A stretch of DNA of 64,000 nucleotides from positions 684,157 through 748,156 of the forward strand of contig CAWELB010000008.1 of assembly GCA_963809805.1 (NCBI GenBank). The letters run 5' to 3'. Numbering within the stretch: the first letter of the stretch is position 1; each line of letters starts with the position of its first letter. The notes beneath the pieces are model-generated. The model was not told the origin of the DNA. It saw only the letters and a program-made list of their open reading frames with translations, and did not search any database. A program made the translations under genes and the position numbers. The DNA is from an uncultured Chloroflexia bacterium. GTDB lineage: Bacteria > Chloroflexota > Anaerolineae > Anaerolineales > UBA4823. Shown here in pieces: positions 10,475 through 20,050 of this stretch.

Positions 10475-10891
10475 ATGTTTAAACGAAAAATATTCAATCT
10501 TATATTACTCACATTATCCATTGCCCTGGCTGGTTGTGGAAATTCGAGCAATAAAGCTGCCATAACCGGAGTGATCACCCATTCTCACCGCATGAGCATC
10601 CCATCGGGTTACAAGATTACAGTGCAAATTGAAGACACGACAAAGGTAGACACCCCCGGAAAGAAGATTGCAGAAACTGTGATTGAGAGCCAGGGAGTGG
10701 AGCTTCCCATGCCGTTTGAAGTGATCTATGATCCAGGCAAAATCAATCCAAGCCATACTTATAGCCTCCAGGTGAAGATTGAAGACAGCTCTGGAACAAA
10801 GGTATATTCCAACAATACCATCGTGCCGGTGATTACCAATGGTAACCCTACTCATAAAATCGAGGTCATTTTGGTTCTTTCCGATGGATAG
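10475..10891 (+). CDS. YbaY-family lipoprotein
   Basis: Internal ATG at 10475 is preceded by CAGGAG. The signal peptide has lipobox LAGC, and the body matches the YbaY pattern (ITGVITHSHRMSIPSGYKITVQIEDT...PFEVIYDPGKINPSHTYSLQVKIED). Confidence 0.75.
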   Translation: MFKRKIFNLILLTLSIALAGCGNSSNKAAITGVITHSHRMSIPSGYKITVQIEDTTKVDTPGKKIAETVIESQGVELPMPFEVIYDPGKINPSHTYSLQVKIEDSSGTKVYSNNTIVPVITNGNPTHKIEVILVLSDG

Positions 10892-10979
10892 TAGCCTCTG
10901 AGCACCAGGATGTAATCTGCAGGGATCTACACGATATTATTTCACGCACCCATCACCAATAATTGGGGGATATCCTCAG

Positions 10980-11022
10980 TGGGCCGAATAGGATTCGGTA
11001 CCTACGACCTGATCTGTGTAAG
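10980..11022 (-). repeat. degenerate copy of the tRNA-Val 3' end / att core
   Basis: tgggccgaataggattcggtacctacgacctgatctgtgtaag aligns with the 42-bp att core tgggcggaataggactcgaacctacgacctcctctgtgtaag. There are ~5 substitutions and 1 indel, and the orientation is the same. Confidence 0.7.
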
Positions 11023-11307
11023 CTGTATAAAATAGTATTCTAGGTCGATAAAAAACAACACACTATATCCAGCACCTAAATATAAGTTCAGAACATACAA
11101 CTAACCTCCCGGTATGGCACGAAGATATTCAAGCAGGTCAGCGCATTTGCACCCAAATTGCTCGGCAATATGATGCGAGGAAGGACGATCCGCAATTAAC
11201 TGGATCTATAAAAATGAAATTATGCGGATGGTTATATAATAATACCGGCAGCATCTTAGTCACCCCTGAGGGCTATCAATTCGTGATCTTTCCGACGGGA
11301 GGCTGGA

Positions 11308-11833
11308 ATGGTGGAAAAAAGGATCACTCGCAGTAAATTCTTAAAGCTGTCCGCGGTTGGGATGGCAGGGGCTCTCCTGAGCAGCTGTAGCGCTCTCACG
11401 ACGTCTCCGCACCGTCTACCCGCTGCCGAGCACGGTGCCGACTGAGGTGCCAACCTCACTCCCGATAGAACCAACTGCCGCTGTCGATACGGGGATTTCG
11501 AGTTACGCCTCCCAATTCGGAATGCACGCACCGATAACCTTCTCCAAAGACTTCATCTGGGGAGCCGCTTTCCCCGACCAGCTAGGTCCAAACGATCAGG
11601 TCTCAGACCCGGCGCGCATCTCCTTCCTTGAACGGCACTTTGTTCAAGCTGCCCGCGCCATCCAGGCGGGTGTGCCGCTGCGGGGTTATTTCGTCTGGTC
11701 GCTAATGGATAATTTTGAGTGGGCTCAGGGCTACTCCAAGCGCTTTGGCCTCATCTATATCGACTACTCCACGCAGAAACGTATCTTGAAGGATAGCGCC
11801 CTTTGGTACCGAGACTGGATCAACAGCCAGTAG
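11308..11833 (+). pseudogene. GH1 beta-glucosidase remnant (signal peptide, frameshift, large internal deletion)
   Basis: GGGAGG-ATG is followed by a Tat-like signal, RITRSKFLKLSAVGMAGALLSSCSA, and then a stop. In the next frame the GH1 N-terminal motif FSKDFIWGAA joins directly to the GH1 C-terminus (YFVWSLMDNFEWAQGYSKRFGLIYIDY). Confidence 0.75.
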
Positions 11834-12180
11834 CAAAAGATCATCGTTGCGAATTATGCCCGCTATCTATCCGCACAAATAGCATGGTAACCTGCCCATC
11901 GGATCATAATCATACACATTCGTCATTGCGAGCCGCAAGTGGTCTTCTTGCGGCGTGGCAATCTCCAAAAAACCTATATATTAGTTTCCAAACTATTTTA
12001 AATGACCATTTTTTAAGGTTGTCCGAACGTTCGTTCGAGTCTGAGCAGTCTCGAGTTGACAATCAAAATTCCTGGATATATAATCAATAATTAGACTGAT
12101 TATATCTAAATATTCTCTATACTTTCCAACGATACCAATCGTGAGAGCTCAGTCTGTAAATCGAAGTAAGGTGGGAGAAG

Positions 12181-13137
12181 TTGATATCGATGAATGCAAT
12201 AAAACAACCAAAAACCAGAACAAGGAAAGCAGTCTTAAAGTGGCTGCTTAATTCCGACCCTTCAATTCGCTGGCAGGTCATGAACGACCTCACCGGTGAG
12301 CCCGATGAGGTTGTTGCTGAAGAACGAAAACGGGTAGCCACGCAAGGTTGGGGTGCACAGTTGCTTTCCCTGCAAGGTTCCGATGGCAAGTGGCATGGCA
12401 GTTTCTTTCCAGCGCAGTGGGCCACTACTTTTTACGCCCTGTTGCTTCTCAGGGACATGGGGCTTGACCCGTCAAGTAGGCCTGCCCAGAAGGCAATTGG
12501 CCTCGTCCGTGACAGGGTCACCTGGGGTGAAGAATTCGCAAACTCTCCTTTCTTTGAAGGTGAGGTTGAGCCCTGTATTAACGGTCGGGTCCTTGCGTTA
12601 GGGGCTTACTTCGGTTGGGCAAGCGATCGGCTGGTGAACCGGCTCCTCAGCGAGCAGCTCGAGGATGGAGGTTGGAACTGTGAGGCTCCACCTAGTCGGC
12701 GGTCTTCATTCCACACCACCATCTGCGTTCTGGAAGGACTGTTAGCCTACGAGAAAACCAGGGGTGCCAATCCTGCAGTGACCGATGCCCGTCTCCGAGC
12801 TCAGGAGTATCTCCTGGTGCGTCATATGTTCCGTAGGTTGTCAACTGGCGAGGTGATTGACAACAAATGGAAGCGCTTCTCGTACCCACCTACCTGGCAC
12901 TACGATGTGCTGCGCGGTTTAGACTACTTGCGTAGTGCCGGAGTAAAACCTGACGACCGAATCGATGAGGCCGTCGATCTGGTGGCGACAAAACAGCACC
13001 AAAATGGTCGCTGGCCGCTTCAAAATCCTCACATCGATCAAGTCAACTTTCCCATGGAAGGGTCAGTAGGAACGGCCAGTCGTTGGAACACGCTGCGCGC
13101 CTTACGCGTGTTGGATTGGTCCTCCAGGCAAGAATAA
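12181..13137 (+). CDS. alpha/alpha-toroid repeat protein (prenyltransferase / terpene-cyclase-like)
   Basis: 318 aa with repeated xDGxW motifs (GSDGKWHG, LEDGGWNCE, HQNGRWPLQ). It is noticeably more GC-rich than its flanks. Confidence 0.4.
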   Translation: MISMNAIKQPKTRTRKAVLKWLLNSDPSIRWQVMNDLTGEPDEVVAEERKRVATQGWGAQLLSLQGSDGKWHGSFFPAQWATTFYALLLLRDMGLDPSSRPAQKAIGLVRDRVTWGEEFANSPFFEGEVEPCINGRVLALGAYFGWASDRLVNRLLSEQLEDGGWNCEAPPSRRSSFHTTICVLEGLLAYEKTRGANPAVTDARLRAQEYLLVRHMFRRLSTGEVIDNKWKRFSYPPTWHYDVLRGLDYLRSAGVKPDDRIDEAVDLVATKQHQNGRWPLQNPHIDQVNFPMEGSVGTASRWNTLRALRVLDWSSRQE

Positions 13138-13192
13138 CTCTCTTACCGGATATTCTGACTATAAAACTTCCCCTCACTGGGGATCTCCTTTT

Positions 13193-13256
13193 TGGTCGTA
13201 ATAGGATTCGAACCTGCGATCTCCTCTGTGCAAGAGATGCGTTCTAACCAATTGAG
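13193..13256 (-). pseudogene. tRNA fragment (anticodon arm, T arm and 3' acceptor only), related to tRNA-Val
   Basis: About 64 nt align with the 3' two-thirds of the tRNA-Val at 39844-39917 (roughly 54/62 matches). The anticodon position reads TGC. The 5' acceptor strand is absent and the anticodon and T stems carry mismatches. Confidence 0.65.
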
Positions 13257-13357
13257 AAAAGGCTTATCGCCATTAATTGGACCATTAAGGTCTTATTATG
13301 TGATATAATCCAATTATATCTATACAAAAGTAGATAAATCATAAGGGAGGTAATCGC

Positions 13358-13777
13358 ATGTCACTCGAAGATAACAAAAATATTGTGCGTCGTTTCATTA
13401 CAGAAATCCTCACCAAGGGAGATGTGTCAGTGGTCGATCAACTGATGGGTCCCAATTATGTGAATGCATTTTTGCCCGGACAAGGCATCGACGTTTTCAA
13501 GCAGTTTATTAGTATGTCTCATAACGCGATCCCGGATGCCAAGTATACGATCGGAAACATGGTAGCTGAAGGGGACCAGGTGGTGGTGCGTTTCACTTTT
13601 AGTGGAACCTATACAGGCTCAATCATGGGCTCCAAACCAACTGGCAAGTTCTTTTCAGTACCTGGCCTGGTGTATTACCGTCTCGCCAATGGCAAAATTG
13701 TAGAAGATGCACCTTTTACAAGCCCGGATTTGATGCACTTGCTTGGCATTCAAATGCCTGAACAGGCCCAGGCGTAA
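13358..13777 (+). CDS. SnoaL-like ester cyclase family protein
   Basis: 139 aa preceded by AAGGGAGG. The N-terminal NKNIVRRFITEIL...VDQLMGPNYVN and central VAEGDQVVVRFTFSGTYTG match the predicted ester cyclase pattern. Confidence 0.6.
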   Translation: MSLEDNKNIVRRFITEILTKGDVSVVDQLMGPNYVNAFLPGQGIDVFKQFISMSHNAIPDAKYTIGNMVAEGDQVVVRFTFSGTYTGSIMGSKPTGKFFSVPGLVYYRLANGKIVEDAPFTSPDLMHLLGIQMPEQAQA

Positions 13778-14121
13778 GGAAACATTTACCAAAGGGTGGT
13801 GGATGGAAACATCCACCACTTTTTTATTGTATTTGGAATTGACAAACAAGTAGGGGGAGAAAAATCGCCGGTTGGATTTCGATTTGGATTCTGCATCATT
13901 TTCAGCCCATGTTTGAGAAATCTGATATACGCGCGATCTACATTTTCTCGCACTCTAACCCCATCCTTCATTTTTTTTCAACCACCATCCCTGCCCACAA
14001 ACAATCCAACCATATAACCGGCTGCGCACCATGGGAGCTTTACAGTGCCACTAATTTCTAGTATCTACTCATCAACCAATCGTGTTTATCTCATTTCTTA
14101 TCGTTTCTCTTGGTAAGATTT

Positions 14122-14171
14122 CGAAAAACAGGCGTACGCAGGGCTACGCTCCTGCGTACGCCTGTTTTTCG
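14122..14171. terminator. bidirectional intrinsic terminator
   Basis: Perfect 21-bp stem cgaaaaacaggcgtacgcagg / cctgcgtacgcctgtttttcg with an 8-nt loop. An A5 tract precedes it and a T5 tract follows, and it lies between convergent genes. Confidence 0.75.
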
Positions 14172-14180
14172 ATCCAATTT

Positions 14181-14206
14181 TCCCCTTCCCTGGCTAGGGA
14201 AGGGGA
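14181..14206. other. second perfect hairpin (11-bp stem, 4-nt loop)
   Basis: tccccttccct-ggct-agggaagggga. Confidence 0.5.
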
Positions 14207-14433
14207 GATAAAGAGGGGATGGGTGTGTAATTACAATTTCTATGCTTGAACGATTGTCAAACTACATTTCGTTCACTGTAAGACCTGGACCACGGCATTT
14301 ATTCTAGAGGTTTAAGTGATGGACTTCGGGAGGCATTGTCTCACTAACGATACTCAATGCGAATCCCCACGTTACCTACAAATGTGAATTCTTAATGAGA
14401 ATTGGCTTCTCAAGAAGGAACATCAAGTACCTG

Positions 14434-16262
14434 TTACTGACCTCCTAGCTTTTGTATCGCTTTTTGAGCTTCTTTGCACAACGAGGCGTTGGTATCGCAT
14501 AGTTTCAGTACGATGTTTAAGTCCGCCATCGCATTATCTGTCTCACCCTTGATTGAATAGGTCAGCCCGCGAATAAAGTATGTCTGTGGGTCCTTGGGGT
14601 AGAGCTGGATCGCTGCGACTGAAATCGCTGATGGCACGATCGAGATAACCTTTACCGCCAAAATCTCTCGACCAATCATTATAAAGGAGAGCATAGTCGG
14701 GGTTACGAGTTAAAACTATATAAAAACTTTGGATGGCACCAATTGGATGGTCTGTATAATAATCCACGAGTCCCTGATAGAAAGAATATTGGGTGTCATC
14801 AGGATAGTCTGGTTGGCCTTGATGAAGGTCGCTAAGGGCTTCACTATACATGCCTTTATCATAATAAGCCACCCCACGATTCAAATGTGCTAATGCATAG
14901 CCAGGTCTGCGCTGAATAGCTTGATCGAATTCACTGATTGCGAGATCTAGTTCGCCTTTGTTGTAATAAGCCAAACCCAGATTGTATTATACTTCAGACT
15001 TATCATAATAGATATATCCACGATTGAAAAATATACTTGTGTCAGGTTGGATCCACAGAGCTTGTTCCCAATCACTGATGGCGAGATCCAGATCGCCTTT
15101 GTCATAAAAAGCTTGTCCACGATTGTAGTACGCTGCAGCGAAATCTGGTTTTAGATGGATTGCTTCATCATAATCACTTATGGCTCGATCCAAATTAGTT
15201 TTACGAGCATGGGCTAACCCACGATTATTGTATGCTATCGCGAAGTCGGGATTGAGTTGAATGGCTTGATCGAAATCAAGGATGGCATTATCCAGATCAC
15301 CTAAATTAAAATATCCCAATCCACGATAGTTATACGCCTCAGCATCGATAGGTTTGAACTGGAGATAAATAGAAATATCACTGATTGCGTTTTTCTCACT
15401 ATCTCTTATATAATCATCGTAAATACTTCGGAAATTGAGGGCTATATTATCTCCGTATGTATGGAGAATACCTCGGTAATAGTAAGCCATGGCATAATTT
15501 GGATCGAGTTGAATAACGCGATCGAAGTCGTTGATAGCATCACTGATATGGGGCCCAACCTTTGATAAATATAAATATGCTACCCCCCTATAATAGTATG
15601 CTTCTGTATAACGAGGAAGTAGATGGATGGCTTGATCATACTCTTTGACGGCATTTTCGAAATCACCATTACCTGCATAAGCTAAACCAAGATTAAAGTG
15701 GTTTAAAGAAGATTCCCGGCTGCGGGTAATCGCCAGGTTGTAGCTGACCAGGTCAAAGGTTGCGGTGGATGCCAATATCAGTAATACGGTTATAGAAATG
15801 AAAATGGTCTTCTTCCGATTTGACCAGCCAGGTTTCAGACCTGCCGGATGGATCGGAGAAGATGACTCTGCCAGTTTCTCGGGTAGACTTTCCTGATGTT
15901 CATCCAACCTACGGTTCTTTACCTCGATCAAACCGCTGATAATTAATAATAAACCGTCGGTGATGAATGCTACTGGAAAGAAATATATGCCACTGTACAA
16001 AAGTATCAAGGAGATCATCCCAAGAAAGGAGTACATGAAAATCCCAGGAAACACTAAAATGATCGCTCCGATGCCTGCCAATATCACCCCAACGGCAATC
16101 GGAAATTTGCTTCACCAGGAAAAATGCGGCAATAAGAATAATGCATATAATAACCGTACTGCTCGTCATTAAAAATCTGCACATATCACCATCATCACTC
16201 TGAGTAGACCCGCAGTGAACTCGGGAAATAATCCCATATACACCTATACTGGCAAGAATCAA
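14434..16262 (-). pseudogene. membrane-anchored TPR-repeat protein, disrupted
   Basis: Four overlapping ORF pieces (15909-16262, 14987-16087, 14543-14974, 14434-14694) all read as TPR repeats (AYYNRG...DLDxAISDFDQAIQLxP). An in-frame TAA lies at 14987-14989, and there are frameshifts near 14690 and 16090. Confidence 0.8.
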
Positions 16263-16562
16263 AACTAAAACAATTCTGCCAATTTTGTAAAATATAACGG
16301 ATGTTTTATCGTTGATAGGAGCCTTCCGGTTATTGCTATTAGCTGGACCAATGAATAGTAGGTAGAATCATGAATAGCCTTACCTGTCCCACACTTCCAG
16401 TATAGAGACTTTTTTTTGCTTGTCAATTAGGCAGATATCTTACTGATCGAATTCGTACTATCTCACCCGCTAATATTCACCCGTCTATGTAGCTGGGAAG
16501 TGAGCCTTAAAATTATTTCGAAGTTTGAACAACTATACACTCCATAAGATTATCCTTATGAA

Positions 16563-16735
16563 TAAGTTTTCAACCTTTATCCCTTGCTCGTCTGAAATCT
16601 GGTTATATAGAGGGGGTAAGAAGACAATTAGTGAACATGGGGGTATCAATAATTGAATACTTTCCCCATGTGTCAATGCCCTAGTAAGGTATCGCCTTGA
16701 CGCCTGGGGAGTGTGGGTAGGCTACGATGCAGGCT
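16563..16735 (+). repeat. dispersed repeat, copy A (contains 32-codon ORF 16558-16656)
   Basis: It shares ...ccttgctcgtctgaaatctggttatatagagggggtaagaag...gtgaacatgggggtatcaataattgaa... and the tail ...cctggggagtgtgggtaggctac with copies at 19.4, 23.1 and 25.2 kb. Confidence 0.8.
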
Positions 16736-16790
16736 GCTGCGATAAAATCATTGCCATTTTCAGCCTGACACGATCGGTGGCGCCCACTTG

Positions 16791-18011
16791 TCATTCCTCT
16801 TGCTCTCGCCCCACTTTCCCAACCGGAGCCAGGTAGATCACGAATTCATCCTTGCCATCCAGGCTAAGGAACTGATCCAGTTCATCCTGTTCATAGGCAG
16901 CGACGCCGCACGTGCCGCAGCCGATCGACTCGGCAGCCAGGTACAGATTTTGGCAGACATGCCCCACGTCCATCAGGATCACCCTCTCCGACCCGATACC
17001 ATAGCGCCATTCCATCCGGTAAGGGATCGAACTCCATATGAAGCAGACCGCCGAATTCCCCACGAAGGGTTGATCGGAAGCCAGGGCGGTCATCTTTTCC
17101 GGCAGGTTTCCCGCTGTAAAGAGATAGGCGAGCTGGTGGTCGAACGGTAGGTAACGGTAGACGCCAGTCTTCAGCCCTTCCACATGCTGGATAACAAGGT
17201 AAGTCTCGAAGGAATGGCGCGAGCCAGCTGAGGGGACCATCCTGTAATGGCGCCCGGAGGAGAGCGCCATCCGCACGCCCTGGGTGGCCCAGAGCAAATA
17301 GGCCAGCTCGTCAAGCGTCAGGTTCGCTGCGGAATATTTTCTCCGGCTTTTCCGGTCGCCGATGCAGGCCAGGAGGTCGGACTTTTTCAAAATGGATGGA
17401 TCTGGTTTAGGGAGGGAGATCAGTTCGCAGGCAGGGTCACAGGCCTTTTGTGAGGGGGGCATAGCTAGACCCTTCATCTGGTCTGAAACCCAATCGGTTT
17501 CCACGGTCAGGCCAGACTTCATGGCATCCCGGACGTCCCGAACCGTATCAGCATACTTTTTCTCCCGTTCCTTTGCAACGCGCACCGCCTCCGCTCTAGT
17601 ATAGACAGGTGCCAGGGCCTCCAGGGCGGGCAGGAAGACTTTCTCGTGCAGGTCCTTGGATGCAGAGGCGTTACCGGCCACGAGGACAATAAATGCCCAT
17701 TTCCCAACCTGCGCCAACGCAGCGTCGACAATAAATGGCTCATCAGCCGGTCCCTTGGTTTCCACGTGATAGAGGTCCCATTGGAAAGCAGCCGTCTTAT
17801 ACCGCCCCGTTCGTTCTCGCAGAATGGGCAGGTCGTACATTGGGAGCAAACCCACCTTGATTTGTTCGGCTGTCATGTTCGGGATGCCACGCTGGAAAAA
17901 AAAAGCCTGGTCGCTGGTACGCATCCAGAAACCAAGGCCTGGTTGGGTCCATCCGCCTGGCTTGAGTCCTCTGACGCCCACTTGTAGATCGGAAAATGGT
18001 TTCATGCTCAT
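16791..18011 (-). CDS. SagB/ThcOx-family (nitroreductase-fold) dehydrogenase with ~190-aa unassigned N-terminal domain
   Basis: The C-terminal half carries LDELAYLLWATQG, PSAGSRHSFETYL and CQNLYLAAESIGCGTCGVAAY, typical of SagB-type FMN dehydrogenases. The gene is GC-rich relative to its flanks. Confidence 0.7.
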   Translation of the reverse strand: MSMKPFSDLQVGVRGLKPGGWTQPGLGFWMRTSDQAFFFQRGIPNMTAEQIKVGLLPMYDLPILRERTGRYKTAAFQWDLYHVETKGPADEPFIVDAALAQVGKWAFIVLVAGNASASKDLHEKVFLPALEALAPVYTRAEAVRVAKEREKKYADTVRDVRDAMKSGLTVETDWVSDQMKGLAMPPSQKACDPACELISLPKPDPSILKKSDLLACIGDRKSRRKYSAANLTLDELAYLLWATQGVRMALSSGRHYRMVPSAGSRHSFETYLVIQHVEGLKTGVYRYLPFDHQLAYLFTAGNLPEKMTALASDQPFVGNSAVCFIWSSIPYRMEWRYGIGSERVILMDVGHVCQNLYLAAESIGCGTCGVAAYEQDELDQFLSLDGKDEFVIYLAPVGKVGREQEE

Positions 18012-18343
18012 TGATGCTCCTTGTTTTCGGGTTTATGTGGTTACGAATTCCATACCTTGACGAGGCAATCTTGCAGAATGTCGCTTAACATGTCGATTGC
18101 TGCTCCAAACTGGCGCTACAACATCGTATTATCAATGATGGCCATCACCTTATTCCTAACTATTCTTCCAGCTTCGTTTCGTCCATCCGACCGGACAGCT
18201 ACGCTGTTTCAGTGGTGATAGCGCGGCTAACTATTGATTCTACTGACTCTTTTTATATTGTGCCACTTATTTTCCCCTCCGCGAAAAGCCATGCGCAACC
18301 ATACGCTGAAAGTGGTCAGGTGGAGCCGATGTTAGGCTACCTC

Positions 18344-19087
18344 CTATCGACCAAAAACCGACATGATCAATAATATCGTTGATAGCAGATTAAGTATGCT
18401 ATGGGCTAGGATGCCCAGATAGATGTTCCGCTTTTTATAAACGAGATATGCCTGTGGAAGCACTCCCAGTATTATGAAAGGCTGCTGCCAGGGTGTAAGG
18501 AAATGCTGCAACGCAAAAAGGACAGTATTGACCAACGGCGACCAACCTTTTAAGCTAGAGAGCCTCGGCATTAGATACCCTCGGAAATAGAGTTCCTCCA
18601 CTATGGCCGCCGAAACATTCGTAATTCCATATACTATCACCATTACAACCAGGATGATCCTTGAGGTTACACCGTTGTCCGAATATAAAAACCAGGTGGG
18701 TAGCCAGGAGAACACCATTTTACTAAGGAGGTCTCCTAATGGGGATAATAGTAAAGCCCAAATACTGGACCAAACGACAAGCAGGGGAATCCAGAGGAAA
18801 TATTGCCACAGAGGGATCCTTTCTCGATAAACAACGACCCCTCGCAGCGAGAACCTGCCATTCCGTTTCTTTCCCTCATAGAAAAGGACTCCCAGTTCGA
18901 ATGGGATAAGAACCAGGAATACGCCCAGCATGGCTGCAAAGCGGAGGGGAAGACCCAAGCGATCAACAAAGGGTACAGCCATTACAAAGAAAACGAGGAG
19001 CAATACACTCGGAAATAAATGCAATATGATTGATTGCCAAATAGAATGCGGTTGTATCTCTTGTTCTGAAACAGGCTGTGGGTTCAT
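18344..19087 (-). CDS. CPBP-family intramembrane glutamic endopeptidase (CAAX protease / SagE-like)
   Basis: Multi-TM protein with motifs IVEELYFRGYL, FALQHF and ILAHSILNL. Confidence 0.85.
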   Translation of the reverse strand: MNPQPVSEQEIQPHSIWQSIILHLFPSVLLLVFFVMAVPFVDRLGLPLRFAAMLGVFLVLIPFELGVLFYEGKKRNGRFSLRGVVVYRERIPLWQYFLWIPLLVVWSSIWALLLSPLGDLLSKMVFSWLPTWFLYSDNGVTSRIILVVMVIVYGITNVSAAIVEELYFRGYLMPRLSSLKGWSPLVNTVLFALQHFLTPWQQPFIILGVLPQAYLVYKKRNIYLGILAHSILNLLSTILLIMSVFGR

Positions 19088-19361
19088 GAGAAAGAACTCC
19101 TAGCAATTAGATTGAGATCGTTTTCAAGTACTACGATCACCTAACAACAAGGCCACAATTTCATCTGTATCTTTGTTGTGTTTGGAGGCCAAACTATAGA
19201 TTCTACGAACTCTTGCTATACTGCAATCTCACTTTATTTTATACTAAAATGGAAAAATATCATTCGCCCTGTCTTCACATCCCAGAAGACTTCGATTATT
19301 ACCGATAAATTGCTTAGTTGTAATGCGGTAGTTCTCACATTTGAGCCTATTCACGTGAATA

Positions 19362-19525
19362 TGTTTTCAACTCCTATCCCCTGCTCGTTTGAAAGCTGGT
19401 TATATAAAGGGGAGAAGAAAGCCGTAAGTGAATATGGGGGTATCAACAATTGAACTACGCTGCGCTCGCTCCGCTCGGTGGCGATGACCTTGTAGGGTCA
19501 TCGCCTGGGTAGGCGGGAGCGGGGT
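19362..19525 (+). repeat. dispersed repeat, copy B (contains 30-codon ORF 19361-19453)
   Basis: Same family as copy A. It includes a perfect 10-bp hairpin, ggcgatgacc-ttgtag-ggtcatcgcc, at 19480-19505 that overlaps the stop of the 19498-20037 gene. Confidence 0.8.
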
Positions 19526-20037
19526 AAATTCTCAAGCCATCCAGTCAGCAGCTCGAAAGCCAATAGCATGAACGCTAACAAGATAAACAACCAGATCCCC
19601 CACAACTGTGCCGGGTGGATGACCTCTGCGGATAATGCAAGGAATGTTCCGAGAATAGCTGCTAACCCCCAGGCAATTACGCTAAAAGTTCTATGCTTCT
19701 GGCTTGCACTGGATCGCATCAGGAGAAACGTGCTGATAACAGGCATACAGAATATGATCAGGAACAAAAGAGTACCTTTGGAGACCAGAAGTAGATCGGG
19801 CAGGGTAGATCCCCGTGAAAACAACCCTAAGATCAACACCGGGACACTTACAGCCGCGAACAGGAGATAAAAAGTTCCCGGTTGACGTCCTGCACAGCTC
19901 CCATTCTCCAAAAGGAGGAAAGGTTTCTGGCACCACTCCGCTGGTGGGCTGTCATGGTGGTATCCCCAGGGACCCAGGAACGCGATAAACAGGAGCACAA
20001 ATATGCCGATACGGACCAGATTCTTATGCCGAATCAT
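19498..20037 (-). CDS. hypothetical integral membrane protein
   Basis: 179 aa with about 5 hydrophobic helices. It lies 14 nt downstream of the 904-aa gene on the same strand. No recognisable domain. Confidence 0.6.
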   Translation of the reverse strand: MIRHKNLVRIGIFVLLFIAFLGPWGYHHDSPPAEWCQKPFLLLENGSCAGRQPGTFYLLFAAVSVPVLILGLFSRGSTLPDLLLVSKGTLLFLIIFCMPVISTFLLMRSSASQKHRTFSVIAWGLAAILGTFLALSAEVIHPAQLWGIWLFILLAFMLLAFELLTGWLENLPRSRLPRR

Positions 20038-20050
20038 CTTTCTCCCTCTT

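Noticed and set aside
11925-11962. The hairpin attgc...ccgcaag-tggtctt-cttgcgg...gcaat downstream of the GH1 relic, as an intrinsic terminator.
   Set aside because: It is followed by an A-run rather than a T-run on the relevant strand. It looks more like a small REP-like hairpin, and there is too little evidence to call a function.
13193-13256. A functional tRNA-Ala(TGC) gene.
   Set aside because: The 5' acceptor strand and a proper D stem are missing, and the anticodon and T stems have mismatches. It is best explained as a diverged fragment of the tRNA-Val 3' portion.
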